A stretch of 63,917 bases of DNA, filler included, from Octopus bimaculoides (GCF_001194135.2; 8 parts of 7 records of this genome joined end to end with filler, not necessarily neighbours in it), one strand, 5' to 3'; shown: positions 37,873-51,509, counted from the whole stretch's first letter. Notes: a model not told the origin generated them from the letters alone. Numbers and translations: made by a program.

Positions 37873-38016
37873 CTGAATTTTAAATGCTATTGAGTGCATA
37901 CAGCCATTGTGATATGTGTCGGCTGCTAAGCCGATTTCATTGTCGGCTGCAAAGTCGCTTCCGTTTTGTAGCGAAAGACAAGGTCGTATGAAAACATTCA
38001 AGTCCAACAAGAATAC
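37873..38016 (-). other. Candidate symmetric 144-nt exon VFLLDLNVFIRPCLSLQNGSDFAADNEIGLAADTYHNGCMHSIAFKIQ
   Basis: AG/GT bounded, 48 open codons, phase 0 to 0; weak acceptor tract and no phase partner identified. Confidence 0.25.
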
Positions 38017-38697
38017 CTATATTTAATAACTTTTAAACATTTATGACTAAAATCATAGATGGCTTTGTTGTTAAGAAATATCAGTTTGCAATCAAATGGT
38101 TTCAGGTTCAGTTGCACATTGTGGTTTTCTTGACCAAGATTCTTCTACTAAACTCCCGGATCGACCAGTGTCGTATGAGAGAATTTGGTAGATGGAAACT
38201 CGTGGTGTATGTGTGTGTTGCCTCTTCCCACTTGCTAACCGATATTGGTTGGTAAAGGGATATTCGGCGAAAGTAATCAATAGAATAAATACCAGTAAGT
38301 ACAGGGGTCCATTTTTTTTTCGACTAAGCGATGAAAGAACTCGCATATAAGTACACAACGAGGTCCTTGACGATATATAAGTGTATGTGTGACGAGCGCG
38401 CGTGAGAGAGAGAAAGAGAAAGAGAGAGGGAGACAGAGAGAAAGACATAGAGACAGTGTATGTGGGGTGGAAGGGTGGGTAGGGTGGATGTAGGTATGTG
38501 CATCGACGTGTACATATGCTATTACTTAAATTCCGAAAAAAATTATTCCTTCATTCGCCACGAAAGACCAGATGACAGGAACAAGAGCATGGAAGAAATT
38601 TAGAGGGAAGGAATTTAATATTAAAGCATAACCCCCTATTAAAAACAAAATGGATAGGGGTTGTTGAAAGGGGCCACCACACACATACACACACTTA

Positions 38698-38738
<41 letters not shown>

Positions 38739-39070
38739 TACACACGTATATACGTATGTAAGTAAATATTCATTATAACAGAAAGGAGACCAAATGGGAC
38801 AAACTAAGAAATGAGGTGGAGGAGGAGGAGAACGGGAGGAGGTGTGGAGGAGGAAGATGGGGGGAGGTAAGGGTAGAAGGTAGAGATTGTTTCAGTTATG
38901 ATTGTTTGTTTAGGCTGAGAGATGATAGAAGATGACAGACAAGGGAACAAATTAATTAAGAGAGTTTATGAATTATGTGCGCTTACACGCGCGCGCGCGA
39001 ACATATACATAGAGAGAAAGAGAGAAAGAAATAGAGAGAGAGAGAAGATAAAAATTATAGTCGTCTGCCT

Positions 39071-39129
<59 letters not shown>

Positions 39130-39131
39130 GA

Positions 39132-39163
<32 letters not shown>

Positions 39164-39377
39164 TAGAGGCAGACGACAGTGTTGTAGCTGTTTTCCTTTT
39201 TTTGTTTTGTTCTGAACAGCGCTCTTTGAACAAACTTCTTATGAAAGTCATCCAGGCAATATTCATACGATTTTCTTTCTCATTAGTTACAGTCTCCTTG
39301 AAACTATATTTTCCAATGTGCAATTCCATTTTTGAGACAAACGATGTGCTTCAAGGCACATTATATTATTTAGCTTT

Positions 39378-39810
39378 AAGACGGCGAGCTGGCAGAAACG
39401 TTAGCACGCCGCGCGAAATGCTCATCGGTAGTTCGTTGGTCTTTACGTTCTAAGTTCAAATTCCGCCGAGGTCGACTTTGCCTTTCATCTGTTCGGGGTC
39501 GATAAATTAAGTACCAGTTACGCACTGGAGTCGACGTAAATGACTTAATCCCTTTGTTTATCCTTGTTTGTCCCCTTTAATTTTAGCCCCTTGTGGACAA
39601 TAACGAAATAAGAAGCGTTAGCACTCCGGGCGAAATGCTCAGCGGTATTTCGTTGGTCTTTACGTTCTGAGTTCAAATTCCGCCGGGGTCGACTTTGCCT
39701 TTCATCCTTTCAGGGTCTATAAATTAAGTACCAGTTGCGTACTGGGTCGATCTAATCGACTGGTCCTCTCCCACCAAATTTCAGGCCTTGTGCCTAAAGT
39801 AGAAAGGATT
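39378..39810 (+). mobile_element. Dimeric SINE family B
   Basis: Same long-tail + headless junction as 34078-34497. Confidence 0.85.
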
Positions 39811-40065
39811 ACATTATATAGCTTTGGCATTGCGAACCTGGTTTTAAAACCCAATAAACATATGCTTCAGAACGACTCGTCAGTAGGTACACGGCAGTAA
39901 TAAGAAATTGAAATGTCAAAGGAATAAGAAATTACGGGCTGTAGGGTAAGAAGCTTGTTTACCAACCACATGGTTCTGGGTTCTGTCCCACAGTATGGCA
40001 CCTTGGGTAAGTGTCTCCTACTATAGCCTCGGGCCGACAAAAACCCTGTGAATGGATTTGTAGAG

Positions 40066-40191
40066 TGGATTTGCCAGACCCAGGAATTCACAGTGCTCAT
40101 CAAGGCAGCACAGCGGAACAGTGGCAACCTTAGGATCTCTGAGGCCAACCTCATACATCTAAAGAAACCTAAGATTAACAACAGAAGATAA
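40066..40191 (+). pseudogene. Possible Penelope-like GIY-YIG C-terminal fragment
   Basis: EFTVLIKAAQRNSGNLRISEANLIHLKKPKINNRR* resembles the F.IL....L.I.E...I...KP.LN tail of PLE ORFs. Confidence 0.4.
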
Positions 40192-40529
40192 TTACGGGAA
40201 ACTAGCTGGTTGCTATAACAACACCTTTCCGTGCATGTTCACTCCATACACGCTCACACACACGCACATCGGCAACATTCGTTAATTTCTTGAAAATGGT
40301 ATCATAACCCCGAAATATTGAAAACAGGGTAAGTCTACATCAATTCATATTTTTGTTTTCTTGTGATTTACTTTGCATTTACTTCGCATTGTTCTGGACT
40401 TACCCACGATCTTTTATGCAGTAAAGTATGTTTATTGTCAACGCATGAACACCACTGGTTCTACAAACCACTCCAATCCATCTTTTCCGTCTTCGCTGTG
40501 GTTTCCATCAAACTAGGGTGAGGCCTACG

Positions 40530-40920
40530 TGGTCGTTCGACCTTATAGAAATAGTAGTTAAATGTTGCTTGTATTACAATGTCCTTGTCTTGAATGAAGA
40601 ACGGCAGACTGGATAATGATAGTCATTCATACTCGACAAAGCGGGGTGGTCATGAGTGGAATGCTTTTAATCATCGATCTGCTCGGTCAGGGTTGACTTA
40701 GGGTTAAACCAGAGCACCGACTTTCTGTACCACTACTACTACGAGTCATCATCGCGAGGAAAAGACTAGGCGGTCGCTTGACCTGCTAGAAATAGCAACC
40801 AAATCTTCGAATGATTTGTTGCTCTGTATGACAGTGACATGTTGGATAATGTGATGGCGAGTCTCTTGTAAATAGGAAAAAAGTCTACGGGATGGTCACA
40901 TCTGAAACGCTATACGTCGT
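40530..40920 (+). repeat. Two tandem copies of an unclassified dispersed repeat (GGTCGTTCGACCTGCTAGAAATAGCAGC...TTGGATAATG...GGATGGTCAC)
   Basis: Related copies near 4760-4910 (-), 23000-23270 (-), 23930-24070, 26645-26740, 33760-33900, 36545-36600 (-), 47455-47560. Confidence 0.55.
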
Positions 40921-41072
40921 TCATTAAGTCCGTTCAATGAAGCTTAACTTGGAGGGGGTGGTTTGAGGCTAAACAGCAACTTACAGCAACAAATGCAACA
41001 ACGGTCTCCAATAATGACCAACACTACAAAAATTATACCACTACCACCACCACCACAGCCGCCACCACCAGC

Positions 41073-41104
<32 letters not shown>

Positions 41105-41105
41105 A

Positions 41106-41145
<40 letters not shown>

Positions 41146-41961
41146 TCACCGCCATCGTCACCACCACCACCAAACACCACCACCGCCAACAGCAGCACCA
41201 CCACTGCTACTACCACCAGCACCTCCATCGACNNNNNNNNNNNNNNNNNNNNNNNNNNNNNNNNNNNNNNNNNNNNNNNNNNNNNNNNNNNNNNNNNNNN
41301 NNNNNNNNNNNNNNNNNNNNNNNNNNNNNNNNNNNNNNNNNNNNNNNNNNNNNNNNNNNNNNNNNNNNNNNNNNNNNNNNNNNNNNNNNNNNNNNNNNNN
41401 NNNNNNNNNNNNNNNNNNNNNNNNNNNNNNNNNNNNNNNNNNNNNNNNNNNNNNNNNNNNNNNNNNNNNNNNNNNNNNNNNNNNNNNNNNNNNNNNNNNN
41501 NNNNNNNNNNNNNNNNNNNNNNNNNNNNNNNNNNNNNNNNNNNNNNNNNNNNNNNNNNNNNNNNNNNNNNNNNNNNNNNNNNNNNNNNNNNNNNNNNNNN
41601 NNNNNNNNNNNNNNNNNNNNNNNNNNNNNNNNNNNNNNNNNNNNNNNNNNNNNNNNNNNNNNCACTACCACTCAACACCTCCACCCCTTTACTATATTCC
41701 TCCCATAACACCACTACCCTCAAGCATATACAACCTCCACCGCCGCCTTTTCTCCCACTACCACGACTGCCACTACTACTAGTATTACAAATGTTACGAC
41801 ACAGACGCACGTCCTCCCCCTCCTACGCACCCACTCCGCCACCTTTCCCTGGCCTACTTTCGTTCCATTCATCTTTTTTCTTTAATTCAAGTCAGGTTCT
41901 ACACCCCCACCCCACCCTCACCACCACCTTCCTCCATTCATCTCCATTTACTCTCTCTGTT

Positions 41962-41992
<31 letters not shown>

Positions 41993-42384
41993 CTTTCTTG
42001 CATGCATTTTTTTTCTGACGTTTTCTTCTACGCAATCACGCGCGTGCACACACACACATACACAGACGTTTGTATGTATGTATGTATGTATGTATGTATG
42101 TATGTATGTATGTATTCATATATGTGTATGTGGGTGTATACGTATGTGTGAATTGGCAGTATATACATACATACATACATATATATCTATATCTATATAT
42201 ATTTATTTATATACACACATATACATACCTATGTATATATCCATATATTTCTTTTATTCTTTTGTTNNNNNNNNNNNNNNNNNNNNNNNNNNNNNNNNNN
42301 NNNNNNNNNNTTAATTAATTAANNNNNNNNNNNNNNNNNNNNNNNNNNNNNNNNNNNNNNNNNNNNATATATGACTTCATTCTT

Positions 42385-42640
42385 AGTTTTTCTGAAAATG
42401 ACCAGATTGGCAGCTTTGCTCTGTGTGAGTCCTGAAATGGCTTATTAGACCAATATTAGCATAAAATCCACGTCTGTAGTGGCAGCACGTGACAAGAGTA
42501 CGAAGACCTTGAAGGACCTCCTTTCTGTGCAGGCCCCCCCTCCCTTCAGTTTCTCTGATCATTTCTGATTCGGAGTGCTGTACTTCAGAGTACGCAGAGA
42601 ACATCTTGCTTAAGCTCGCCACAAGATGTTCCTAAGTAGG
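42385..42640 (-). mobile_element. RTE-clade LINE 3' end fragment
   Basis: TCCHYRRGFYANIGLISHFRTH matches the RTE C-terminal C..C.R.F...IGL.SH.RTH zinc-finger-like tail. Confidence 0.75.
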
Positions 42641-43341
42641 TCGTTCAAAGTTACTCTTTCAAGCTTTGCATCTCTTCGGTTATGCTTGGGTACCACCTTG
42701 AAGGGTTTTAATCGAAAGAATCTGTCCCAGTACTTGTTTTTAAAGGCCAGTACTTATTTTATTGATCCTTTTGCCGGACTGTTAAATTAAAGGGACATAA
42801 CCAAACCAACACTGTCAAACGGAGGTAGGGTACGAATACAAAGACGCTTGCACACACACACATTCTTTCAGTTCCGTCCACAAAAAAAAAAAAAAACACT
42901 TGATCATGCCCAATATGCCACACAGCGGAACTGAACCTGAAAGCATGTGGTTGGGAAACAAACGTCTTACCTCACAGCCATGCATTTATGTTTTGTTATG
43001 CCCGTGAAGCAATTTGTGTCTTAATTTGCGCCAGACTTATTATATTTGAGTCTTGACTTATTATATTGAGCCTCCACTTACACTAGACTAATTACATTGA
43101 GAGATAAAAGTATCAGGCGACCGGCCTCACTCACTTGTCTAATTTCCTGGTTTAGTGGTAAGCCTTGTTCGAAGTGACTGGGGATGTATCAGCAATGCAC
43201 TGTGCCCTGATGTATGCACCCCACAGCAATGTAGCTGAACATCGTCTTCCTGTCCACTGAAACTTAAACTCCTGTTTTCGCATGTGTCTTACATATATGT
43301 ATATATAAACAATGTTGCATGGCCGGTGGCTCTCCTGGGTT

Positions 43342-43524
43342 CAGTGGCGTAGCTAGAGTGTCCTCCACCCGGGGTAGCCCTTGAGTTTGCTGTTAGCGCC
43401 CACCTTTCGTATAAGCCAGTGGAGACCTATACAGCAGGCCCGACAGGATCACTCCAATAAAAGCCTCGCCCGGGATTCACTGCCGTCCTCGCCTTCTCCC
43501 CCCTCCCCCCAAGTTATGCTAATG
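43342..43524. mobile_element. Old hAT-like MITE
   Basis: Left TIR CAGTGGCGTAGCT; right end AGTTATGCTAATG (4 mismatches to its reverse complement); no clear TSD. Confidence 0.5.
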
Positions 43525-43614
43525 AGTTGTGATTTGAAGGAGACTGAGTTACTATGTTAGCCATGTCTAGTTAAAATGTAGATAAAACTCTGTAGATTTT
43601 TAGACAGTCATACA

Positions 43615-43800
43615 AGATGGTTCTCTCCGTGCCATAAGGCATATAACGCCACAACACAATCTCTCCAACCAGCTTCGTTTTCTTTCACTGTGTTTGTCTC
43701 ATTGCAGCTGCTCCTCACTTGTCCCCTTTCGCCATGTCCTTTTTAGGGCGCCCTGCTGTTCTTTCCCCCTCAGGTTGCCACTTTAGCTCTTATGAAATGA
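43615..43800 (-). mobile_element. RTE-like LINE 3' end fragment
   Basis: LKWQPEGERTAGRPKRTWR...WRDCVVALYALWHGE resembles the W.P.G.R..GRP..TWR...WR..V.AL RTE terminus. Confidence 0.7.
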
Positions 43801-44353
43801 AATTGCCCGGTTGAGAGTGCATACAGATACAGGTACAGAGAGTTCATACAGGTACAGGACACTTCGTAACTATGCTATGGTACCAACCAGCATGTTAGAG
43901 AAGGTGTTTAAGAAGACAAAGGTGCATAAAACATTCCCAGAAACACCCAAGGCAAGGTGAAGATGATTAGCTTCACACTAGTCTTCAGGTATTTGGGTGA
44001 GCCTCCCTGGCACACTCATAGCTTAGCCTTTCATCATTGCGAAATGTTAAGAGACTGAAACGATCTGAAATGTAGGTTCTACTGCAGAAAACGTTACGGA
44101 TATTGTGACGACATAATGACAATTTGTAAGAGGTAAAAATTCACCGAAATTAGTTTTCTGAAACGAAAGCTCCAGACAAATGTCACTGATGTTATGACGT
44201 CATAATCACTATTTGGAAAACTCCTTTGGACTACATGAAAAATGCTAAATCTCTCTACCTCTCTCTCTCTCACACATACACAATCTTTCCAACCTGAGTA
44301 AAAGATAAAAGATGTGATCGGTCATAAAGGTGATAACCAGAAGAATCGCTCAC

Positions 44354-44454
44354 CTGAACACACACACATGCAGATTAATAGCTGCAACCAAAACCAGGAG
44401 GAAAATGTTTAAACGGAGAGTTTTCTGTAAACATGGAATCTTGTTAAAATCCAT
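44354..44454 (-). other. Candidate first coding exon MDFNKIPCLQKTLRLNIFLLVLVAAINLHVCVF
   Basis: ATG-initiated, hydrophobic stretch, donor CAG|GTGAGC; no downstream partner verified. Confidence 0.25.
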
Positions 44455-45538
44455 CCAATCACTTTCAATTTTTTTACCAGATTATTATTTTTTTTTAATG
44501 TAGCTTTGCATGTTGATGACGAAAATCGCTTTCATGTTTTCTCTTTTTTTCTTTTCTAAAAAATTACATCAGTGTAGAAAACTTGAAATACTTAAAGCGT
44601 TTGAGAGAAACTTAAGATTCTAAACATGGTGAAGTAGATTTCTATAACTCAGTCCAGCTCTTACAAAAGGCTTTCTAGTGTGCCAAATACCACAAACAGC
44701 ATAAGTGTAAACGCCATGCATGACTGTATGTGTAAGCACATATATACATATATATATATATAATACAGAATGGGACAAGAATGCAAAACCTCCAGACAGT
44801 TAGGTGATACAAGGAAGGGACAAAACATCCAGATAGACGATACAAAGAAAACACGGACAGGTCATTCGGAGTTTTCTTTCTTCAGTCGAGATCCAGATTA
44901 TCCTTGCAATTTCGGCTGGTTATTCTCGATATTGCTCCAATCTGGCCAACCCCAAGGAAAAACTAAGCTAAGAGCATTAGATTCCTTGGAAGAAAGCAGC
45001 GAATGTATACAAAAACAAGGACGGAAAAAAACGAANNNNNNNNNNNNNNNNNNNNNNNNNNNNNNNNNNNNNNNNNNNNNNNNNNNNNNNNNNNNNNNNN
45101 NNNNNNNNNNNNNNNNNNNNNNNNNNNNNNNNNNNNNNNNNNNNNNNNNNNNNNNNNNNNNNNNNNNNNNNNNNNNNNNNNNNNNNNNNNNNNNNNNNNN
45201 NNNNNNNNNNNNNNNNNNNNNNNNNNNNNNNNNNNNNNNNNNNNNNNNNNNNNNNNNNNNNNNNNNNNNNNNNNNNNNNNNNNNNNNNNNNNNNNNNNNN
45301 NNNNNNNNNNNNNNNNNNNNNNNNNNNNNNNNNNNNNNNNNNNNNNNNNNNNNNNNNNNNNNNNNNNNNNNNNNNNNNNNNNNNNNNNNNNNNNNNNNNN
45401 NNNNNNNNNNNNNNNNNNNNNNNNNNNNNNNNNNNNNNNNNNNNNNNNNNNNNNNNNNNNNNNNNNNNNNNNNNNNNNNNNNNNNNNNNNNNNNNNNNNN
45501 NNNNNNNNNNNNNNNNNNNNNNNNNNNNNNNNNNNNNN

Positions 45539-45569
<31 letters not shown>

Positions 45570-45571
<2 letters not shown>

Positions 45572-45872
45572 TTACGACTATGGGTGTTCCGGTAGTTCCG
45601 ACCAATGGAACAGCCTGTTCGTGAAATTAACGTGCAAGTGGCTGAACACTCCACAGACACGCATACCCTTAACATAGTCCTCAGGGAGATTCAGCGTGAC
45701 ACAGAATGTGACAAAGCTTGCCCTTTGAATTACTGGTACAATTTATTTTTAGCCAGTTGAGTGGACTGGAACAACGTCAAATAATGTGCTTTGCTCAAGA
45801 ACACAGCGCGCCGCCGGCTATCTAACCCACGACCGTGAGCCGAATACCTTAACCACTAAACCACGAGCCTTC
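45570..45872 (-). mobile_element. tRNA-derived SINE, family E head with the 3' module of the 8116 copy
   Basis: Head GGCTCGTGGTTTAGTGGTTAAGGTATTCGGCTCACG, core GTGTTCTTGAGCAAAGCAC, tail GTAATTCAAAGGG...GTTAAGGGTATGCGTGT. Confidence 0.75.
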
Positions 45873-46281
45873 ACACACACAGTGTGTGTGTGGGGGGCAT
45901 TTTGTTCAACATTCCCGATTCTAAAAGTCTACCATAAAAGTTTACACTGAGTAATTTATAGGTAAAGGGAGATAACCATTACCTTACACCAGTTTACTAG
46001 CTGCAATTAAGTCCCTTTAAAATTCAACTGACTTGTCTGTCTTGTCTGCTGCCTCGTCTTTACTCTGTGCCTGCAATTGTTTTTGTGCCCAGACCTAAAT
46101 CATTAGATCCCTTACCAAAGACGCACTAATATGGCTATCTTCACCCTACCCCAGTCAGTATTATCCAGTGGATCCTTCCGTTTTAAGAAAGATAAGGTGC
46201 AATTTAAAAGATATTAGGCTGTTGCTCTCTGCATGTCCGTTGATCATGGTTAACCGAATCAAAGAGGGAGCCTCTCAGTAA

Positions 46282-46681
46282 CTCTTTCACTTGTTTTAGT
46301 CATTTGATTGCGGCCATGCTGGAGCACCGCCTTTAGTCGAGCAAATCGACCCCAGGACTTATTCTTTGTAAGCCTAGTACTTTTTCTATTGGTCTCTTTC
46401 TGCCGAAACGCTAAGTTACGGGGACGTAAACACATCAGCATCGGTTGTCAAGCGATGTTGCGGGGGGACAAACACAGACACACAAACACACACACATATA
46501 TATATATACATATATACGACGGGTTTCTTTCAGTTTCCGTCTACCAAATCCACTCACAAGGCTCTGGTCGACCCGAGACTATAGTAGAAGACACTCGCCC
46601 AAGGTGCCACGCAGTGGGACTGAACCCGGAACCATGTGGTTGGTTAGCAAAGCTACTTACCACACAGCAACTCCTGCGCCT
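46282..46681 (-). mobile_element. Full-length SINE family C (about 400 bp)
   Basis: Head AGGCGCAGGAGTTGCTGTGTGGTAAG, B-box-like GGGTTCAGTCCC, internal (TA)/(TG) tract, tail CAGCATGGCCGCAATCAAATGACT; closely similar copy at 57366-57740. Confidence 0.9.
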
Positions 46682-46820
46682 AACTGTTCGACTTTCTAGA
46701 AAAGGGCCCTACAAAATCTCNNNNNNNNNNNNNNNNNNNNNNNNNNNNNNNNNNNNNNNNNNNNTTAATTAATTAANNNNNNNNNNNNNNNNNNNNNNNN
46801 NNNNNNNNNNNNNNNNNNNN

Positions 46821-46855
<35 letters not shown>

Positions 46856-47131
46856 AGAGAGAGAGCATGTGTTTGTATGTTTGCATGTACCTATAATCAG
46901 TGGTATATCTTCATATATTCATGTCTGTCAAAAGATATCCGCTAGCCTACAGATATGCAATTGCATACACTAAATTAACGAGTGCCGTCTCTAGTGTTTT
47001 TCGTTGCCATTCATTATTTCTTATACGTTCTTATCGAATGGTCCTCTATATTCTAATATATATTCTAATATATATTCTAATATATATTCAGAACACTACC
47101 TAATCTTGCTAGTCCATCAGTTGCTTCTCAC

Positions 47132-47235
47132 CTTGTTTTTTTTCTGTTGCCTTGGAGTTTGGTAACAAACCAACTTCTCTTCTTGCGTGTCCGACCTTCT
47201 TGCACTATAGTATCTCTACGATCTATCGAGCGAAC
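47132..47235 (-). CDS. Internal exon of minus-strand gene: VRSIDRRDTIVQEGRTRKKRSWFVTKLQGNRKKT(R/S)
   Basis: Acceptor CTTCTTCATTCCCACACAG, donor AAG|GTGAGA, 104 nt, single open frame, phase 0 to 2; joins 59402-59460 upstream and is phase-compatible with 12482-12633. Confidence 0.65.
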
Positions 47236-47654
47236 CTGTGTGGGAATGAAGAAGCAAGGATAAGCTAACGTCTTTACTCTTTCATTGTAGTCGTGTAATT
47301 TACACACAGATCAATCATTACATTACACCCAACAACCTCAACAACCCCTAGCTACAGAAATTTATTAAATTATCCGGGGCCGTATCATTGAATCTTCCTC
47401 TTCCCCCTCCAATAATCCTTACAAAAGTAACATCGATGAGCCACTTATGGAGGTCTTTATGTAGTCATTCGATATACTAGAAATAGCAGCTAGATCTGCG
47501 ACACAGAAATTATCTGTTATGCATGATCAGAGCGTTGACCTATAGCTATGGACCTATGCTGCTGCTACTACTATTACTACTGTATCTTGCATTATGAGAT
47601 AATATTGACTCCATCGTCATAACCGGGAAATATTTATCACATCTATTACTTGCT

Positions 47655-47694
<40 letters not shown>

Positions 47695-47998
47695 GCCACC
47701 GTGTTCACTAACACCACCACCATCATCATCATCACTGCTATTATCTTTACTGCCCGCTAACATTACAGGATAATCGTAAGCAACACCACCACCACCACCA
47801 CCACCACCACTACACTCATCATCGTCATCTCAGTCAACAAGAACAACTACACCAAGAAAAGTAGCTTGTTGGCATCTCGCTTAACGACTTAAAAAAGTTA
47901 TTTCTCCGCCCGCCAAAAGAAAACAGGTGAAAACAGGCGAACAGAACTAATCAAATTAGGAGTAAAAACAGCTGAACAAGCGTAAAGCATCGGAAATA

Positions 47999-48085
<87 letters not shown>

Positions 48086-48294
48086 CAGCAGCAGCAGCAG
48101 AAATAACCTGACAACAACAATAATAATAATAATAGTAATAATAATAATAATGACAACAATAATAAAAATAATAATAACTGGAATTCTCCAGAGGCAGATA
48201 TTGCAAATTGATCAATAATAGGTAACGGCGAATTCCCGCTGGCACACTCCGCTTGCGGCATCACGCTGATATTTAAGATCTTTGAAGCTATTTC

Positions 48295-48337
<43 letters not shown>

Positions 48338-48577
48338 TTATGTTTTAGTTGCTGTCAACAACACACTAGCAGACAAAATATTTTATGTTCAACAAGATAC
48401 ACACTCAAGCAAACACATTCACACACATACACACACACACACATTCACACANNNNNNNNNNGTGCTGGCGGGCGCAGAGCCAGTGACATTTAAATTGGCA
48501 GCCACATTAAAATTGAAAAGACATTCACAAGCCACATCAAAAACAAACAAAAACGACACAATGTAACGATAATTAAC

Positions 48578-48614
<37 letters not shown>

Positions 48615-49119
48615 GGAGATATTCTAATGATATTAATTACAAGATATGTATGTATAGAAAAGTGCAAAAAAAATAATAGTGTCAACATTAGACTTGTAAA
48701 ATGCCACAGAAAGGAAAACAAGGAAGTGTTTGAATTAGTTTCGCTATACCCAAGATGCTGATGATAATGATGGGGATTTCACTGACGATTTCGTTAATGG
48801 TGATGATGATGATGGTGGTGGTAGCATAAATGAAAAATAATGAGAAAAAAAAATGAAGATAATGAAGTGAGAGTATTGAAATAAAAATGAATTTTCTGAA
48901 GGAAAAAAACAAAACAAAAACCGAATTATTAAATTTGTGACAATAATCGTATTATAATTCTAAGGAATTGTAAATTAAAGAAAGATAAAAAAAACAAAAA
49001 GAAATTGATGATGAGGATGATGATGTTGATGATGATAATGATAATGATATCATGACGACGATGGTGGAGATTGTTGTGTATTAGAAATGGAAAACTGTTG
49101 CTGGATTGTTTTTTGTATA

Positions 49120-49176
<57 letters not shown>

Positions 49177-49369
49177 GCAATAACAGCAAAGACAATAATC
49201 ATTATTACTATATAGAACACTACAGCCTTTTCGGATTTCAAAAGTGGATTGTTTGTTTTTTTTTTAAGTGGAAAACATTGTTATTATTGACAGGTGAGTA
49301 CTATTATTTTTAGGTTTTCTTTATACATAATTTACATCGTAATGTAATCATCATCTGTGTGTGTGTGTA

Positions 49370-49421
<52 letters not shown>

Positions 49422-49741
49422 TCAGTCGATAGGATCAAATTACACGTATAGATTCACACACATACAACCATCCACCCATCCATCCATATATATATATATA
49501 TATATATACCTACATATACATGTATTCGGTTGTGTATGTGCGTGTTGAATGTGCACACACTTGTATGAAGATACTCTTCGGTATGTGCTTATCTTGTGTC
49601 GTTGTTGTTGTTGTTGTTGTTGTTGTTTAACCCTTGGCCAACTCGGATCAAGCAGATCTATGATCAACGGAGTTTTAACCATGACCTTCCTCTCTGTTTG
49701 TTATCTTCGACCACATTGTCGAGGATAATAAATTGTAGTGC

Positions 49742-49787
<46 letters not shown>

Positions 49788-49835
49788 TACACAGGCATGT
49801 TTGTATAGGTATATATGTATACAACTGTTTGTGTA

Positions 49836-49883
<48 letters not shown>

Positions 49884-50331
49884 TTTGAGTATATATATAT
49901 ATATATATATGAGTATATATAAATTCAGAAGAGTGGTACAACAAGGCACCAATATATGTGAGTATATATATATTTGTGAATATATATAAATGTGTGTGAG
50001 TATATATATATTTGTGTGTAAATATATGTGTGAGTGTGTGTATGTGCACATATATTTCTGTATATATATGTATATGTATGTATGCATGTATGTATGTATG
50101 TATGTATGTATAAATGCATGTATATAAGTAAGTGTTGTAAATAAATAAACAACTTTTCAGTCAATATACACAAAATAAAGAGAAATGATTTACATAACGC
50201 CCAAGCTAGAAAAATACAAAGATTACAACTAGTTTCTATGAATTACAAATATCTTTCCTTATTTATAAAAACAACAAAAGAAACACTAGTTAGTATTGTT
50301 GACTAATAAGGCTGTTTCCGTTTATGTCAAT

Positions 50332-50920
50332 CTAGTTGACATGATATATATATAAACAGAGTTCTCGTGATGCTTTCATTACATGTTTGAATAACCAATC
50401 TGTTTCGGTGACCTTAATATGCAAGATTGTCGTTGCTTGGTCTTGGGTCAGTCTAGCTTTAGTTGAAGTCAAAAAGTTTCTAAACGTCACCAGCCTAATT
50501 TGATCTGCTGTCGTGACCAGCGTTTCCGACACTACATTCATTGTTGAATGTGTTCTTTCTTTGTAAGACATCAGTGCAGAGTCTGCGCGGTCGATCTTTC
50601 TCCTACATTTGTGTGCAGTTCTTTTAGCAATAACAGCTCCGTACGCAGCACAAATGTCTTTAGCAAGCTTTGGAACCTTGATTGAAAGCGAAGAAGTGCA
50701 GGCATTAAAAATGTTCATTTTTATTTTACTTGATACTCTATCATTATGTGCCTGAAGAGAGGTAAACTATATTCAAATTTCCAATAAGATTCAAAGTAAC
50801 ATTTTGTTGAGTTTATCAGTTAATAGGTACCTCTATAATTCTTTCGAGAAATATCAGGTTTAGTACAGTTAAAGTGACTTCAATTAAGTAAGATTAAACT
50901 TAATTACGTCAGGCGCAATA
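50332..50920 (-). mobile_element. Heavily degraded mariner 5' fragment
   Basis: Frameshifted F.FNQGSKA / KDICAAYG..VIAKRTA resembles mariner N-terminal HTH; TA-terminated end TATTGCGCCTGACGT at 50920. Confidence 0.55.
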
Positions 50921-51467
50921 ATTAAGGATTTGATTAAAACTTAGCTAGCAAAAGAGTATTTAGTATATTCCATTGTAGGTAAATTAAGAAGAAAGCGGGA
51001 AAATCGTTAATTATACAATTTAGGCATTGGTTTTACTTATTTATACCCAGGTAAGTTCATTATGTGAGATTTTTGTACTCTTTTATGGTCTATTATGGGT
51101 AGTGCTCTTCCTTATGAAGGGGACGGTACAATTGTAATTTATGCCCGGTAAAGGCGTTTGAATTACTCAATTGTGAATCCAGCCTAATTAGCAAACATAA
51201 CGTGCTATTAATTCGCTTTCTCATATATCAAAACATTCTTCAAATATCTACACACAAGGCTTTGGTCGGCCCTACAATATAGTAGAAGACTATACAGATA
51301 TAAATACATGTATACATACACATATACATATATACATACACATATACATATATACATACATATATACATACAGTTCCACTCAAAATTGCTTTAAAATCTT
51401 GTGTTTGTAATTTGTAACTGTGTATTTTTGTATGCACATGTTTGCGTGTGCGCGCAAATACACTCAC

Positions 51468-51509
<42 letters not shown>

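Noticed and set aside
40060-40165. Minus-strand exon MYEVGLRDPKVATVPLCCLDEH
   Set aside because: Weak donor; the plus strand reads better as a Penelope-like ORF tail.
40405-40513. Minus-strand exon with strong GTAAGT donor
   Set aside because: Stops in all frames from the best acceptor, which lies at a repeat boundary.
43135-43256. AG/GTGAGT-bounded minus-strand exon
   Set aside because: All three frames contain stops.
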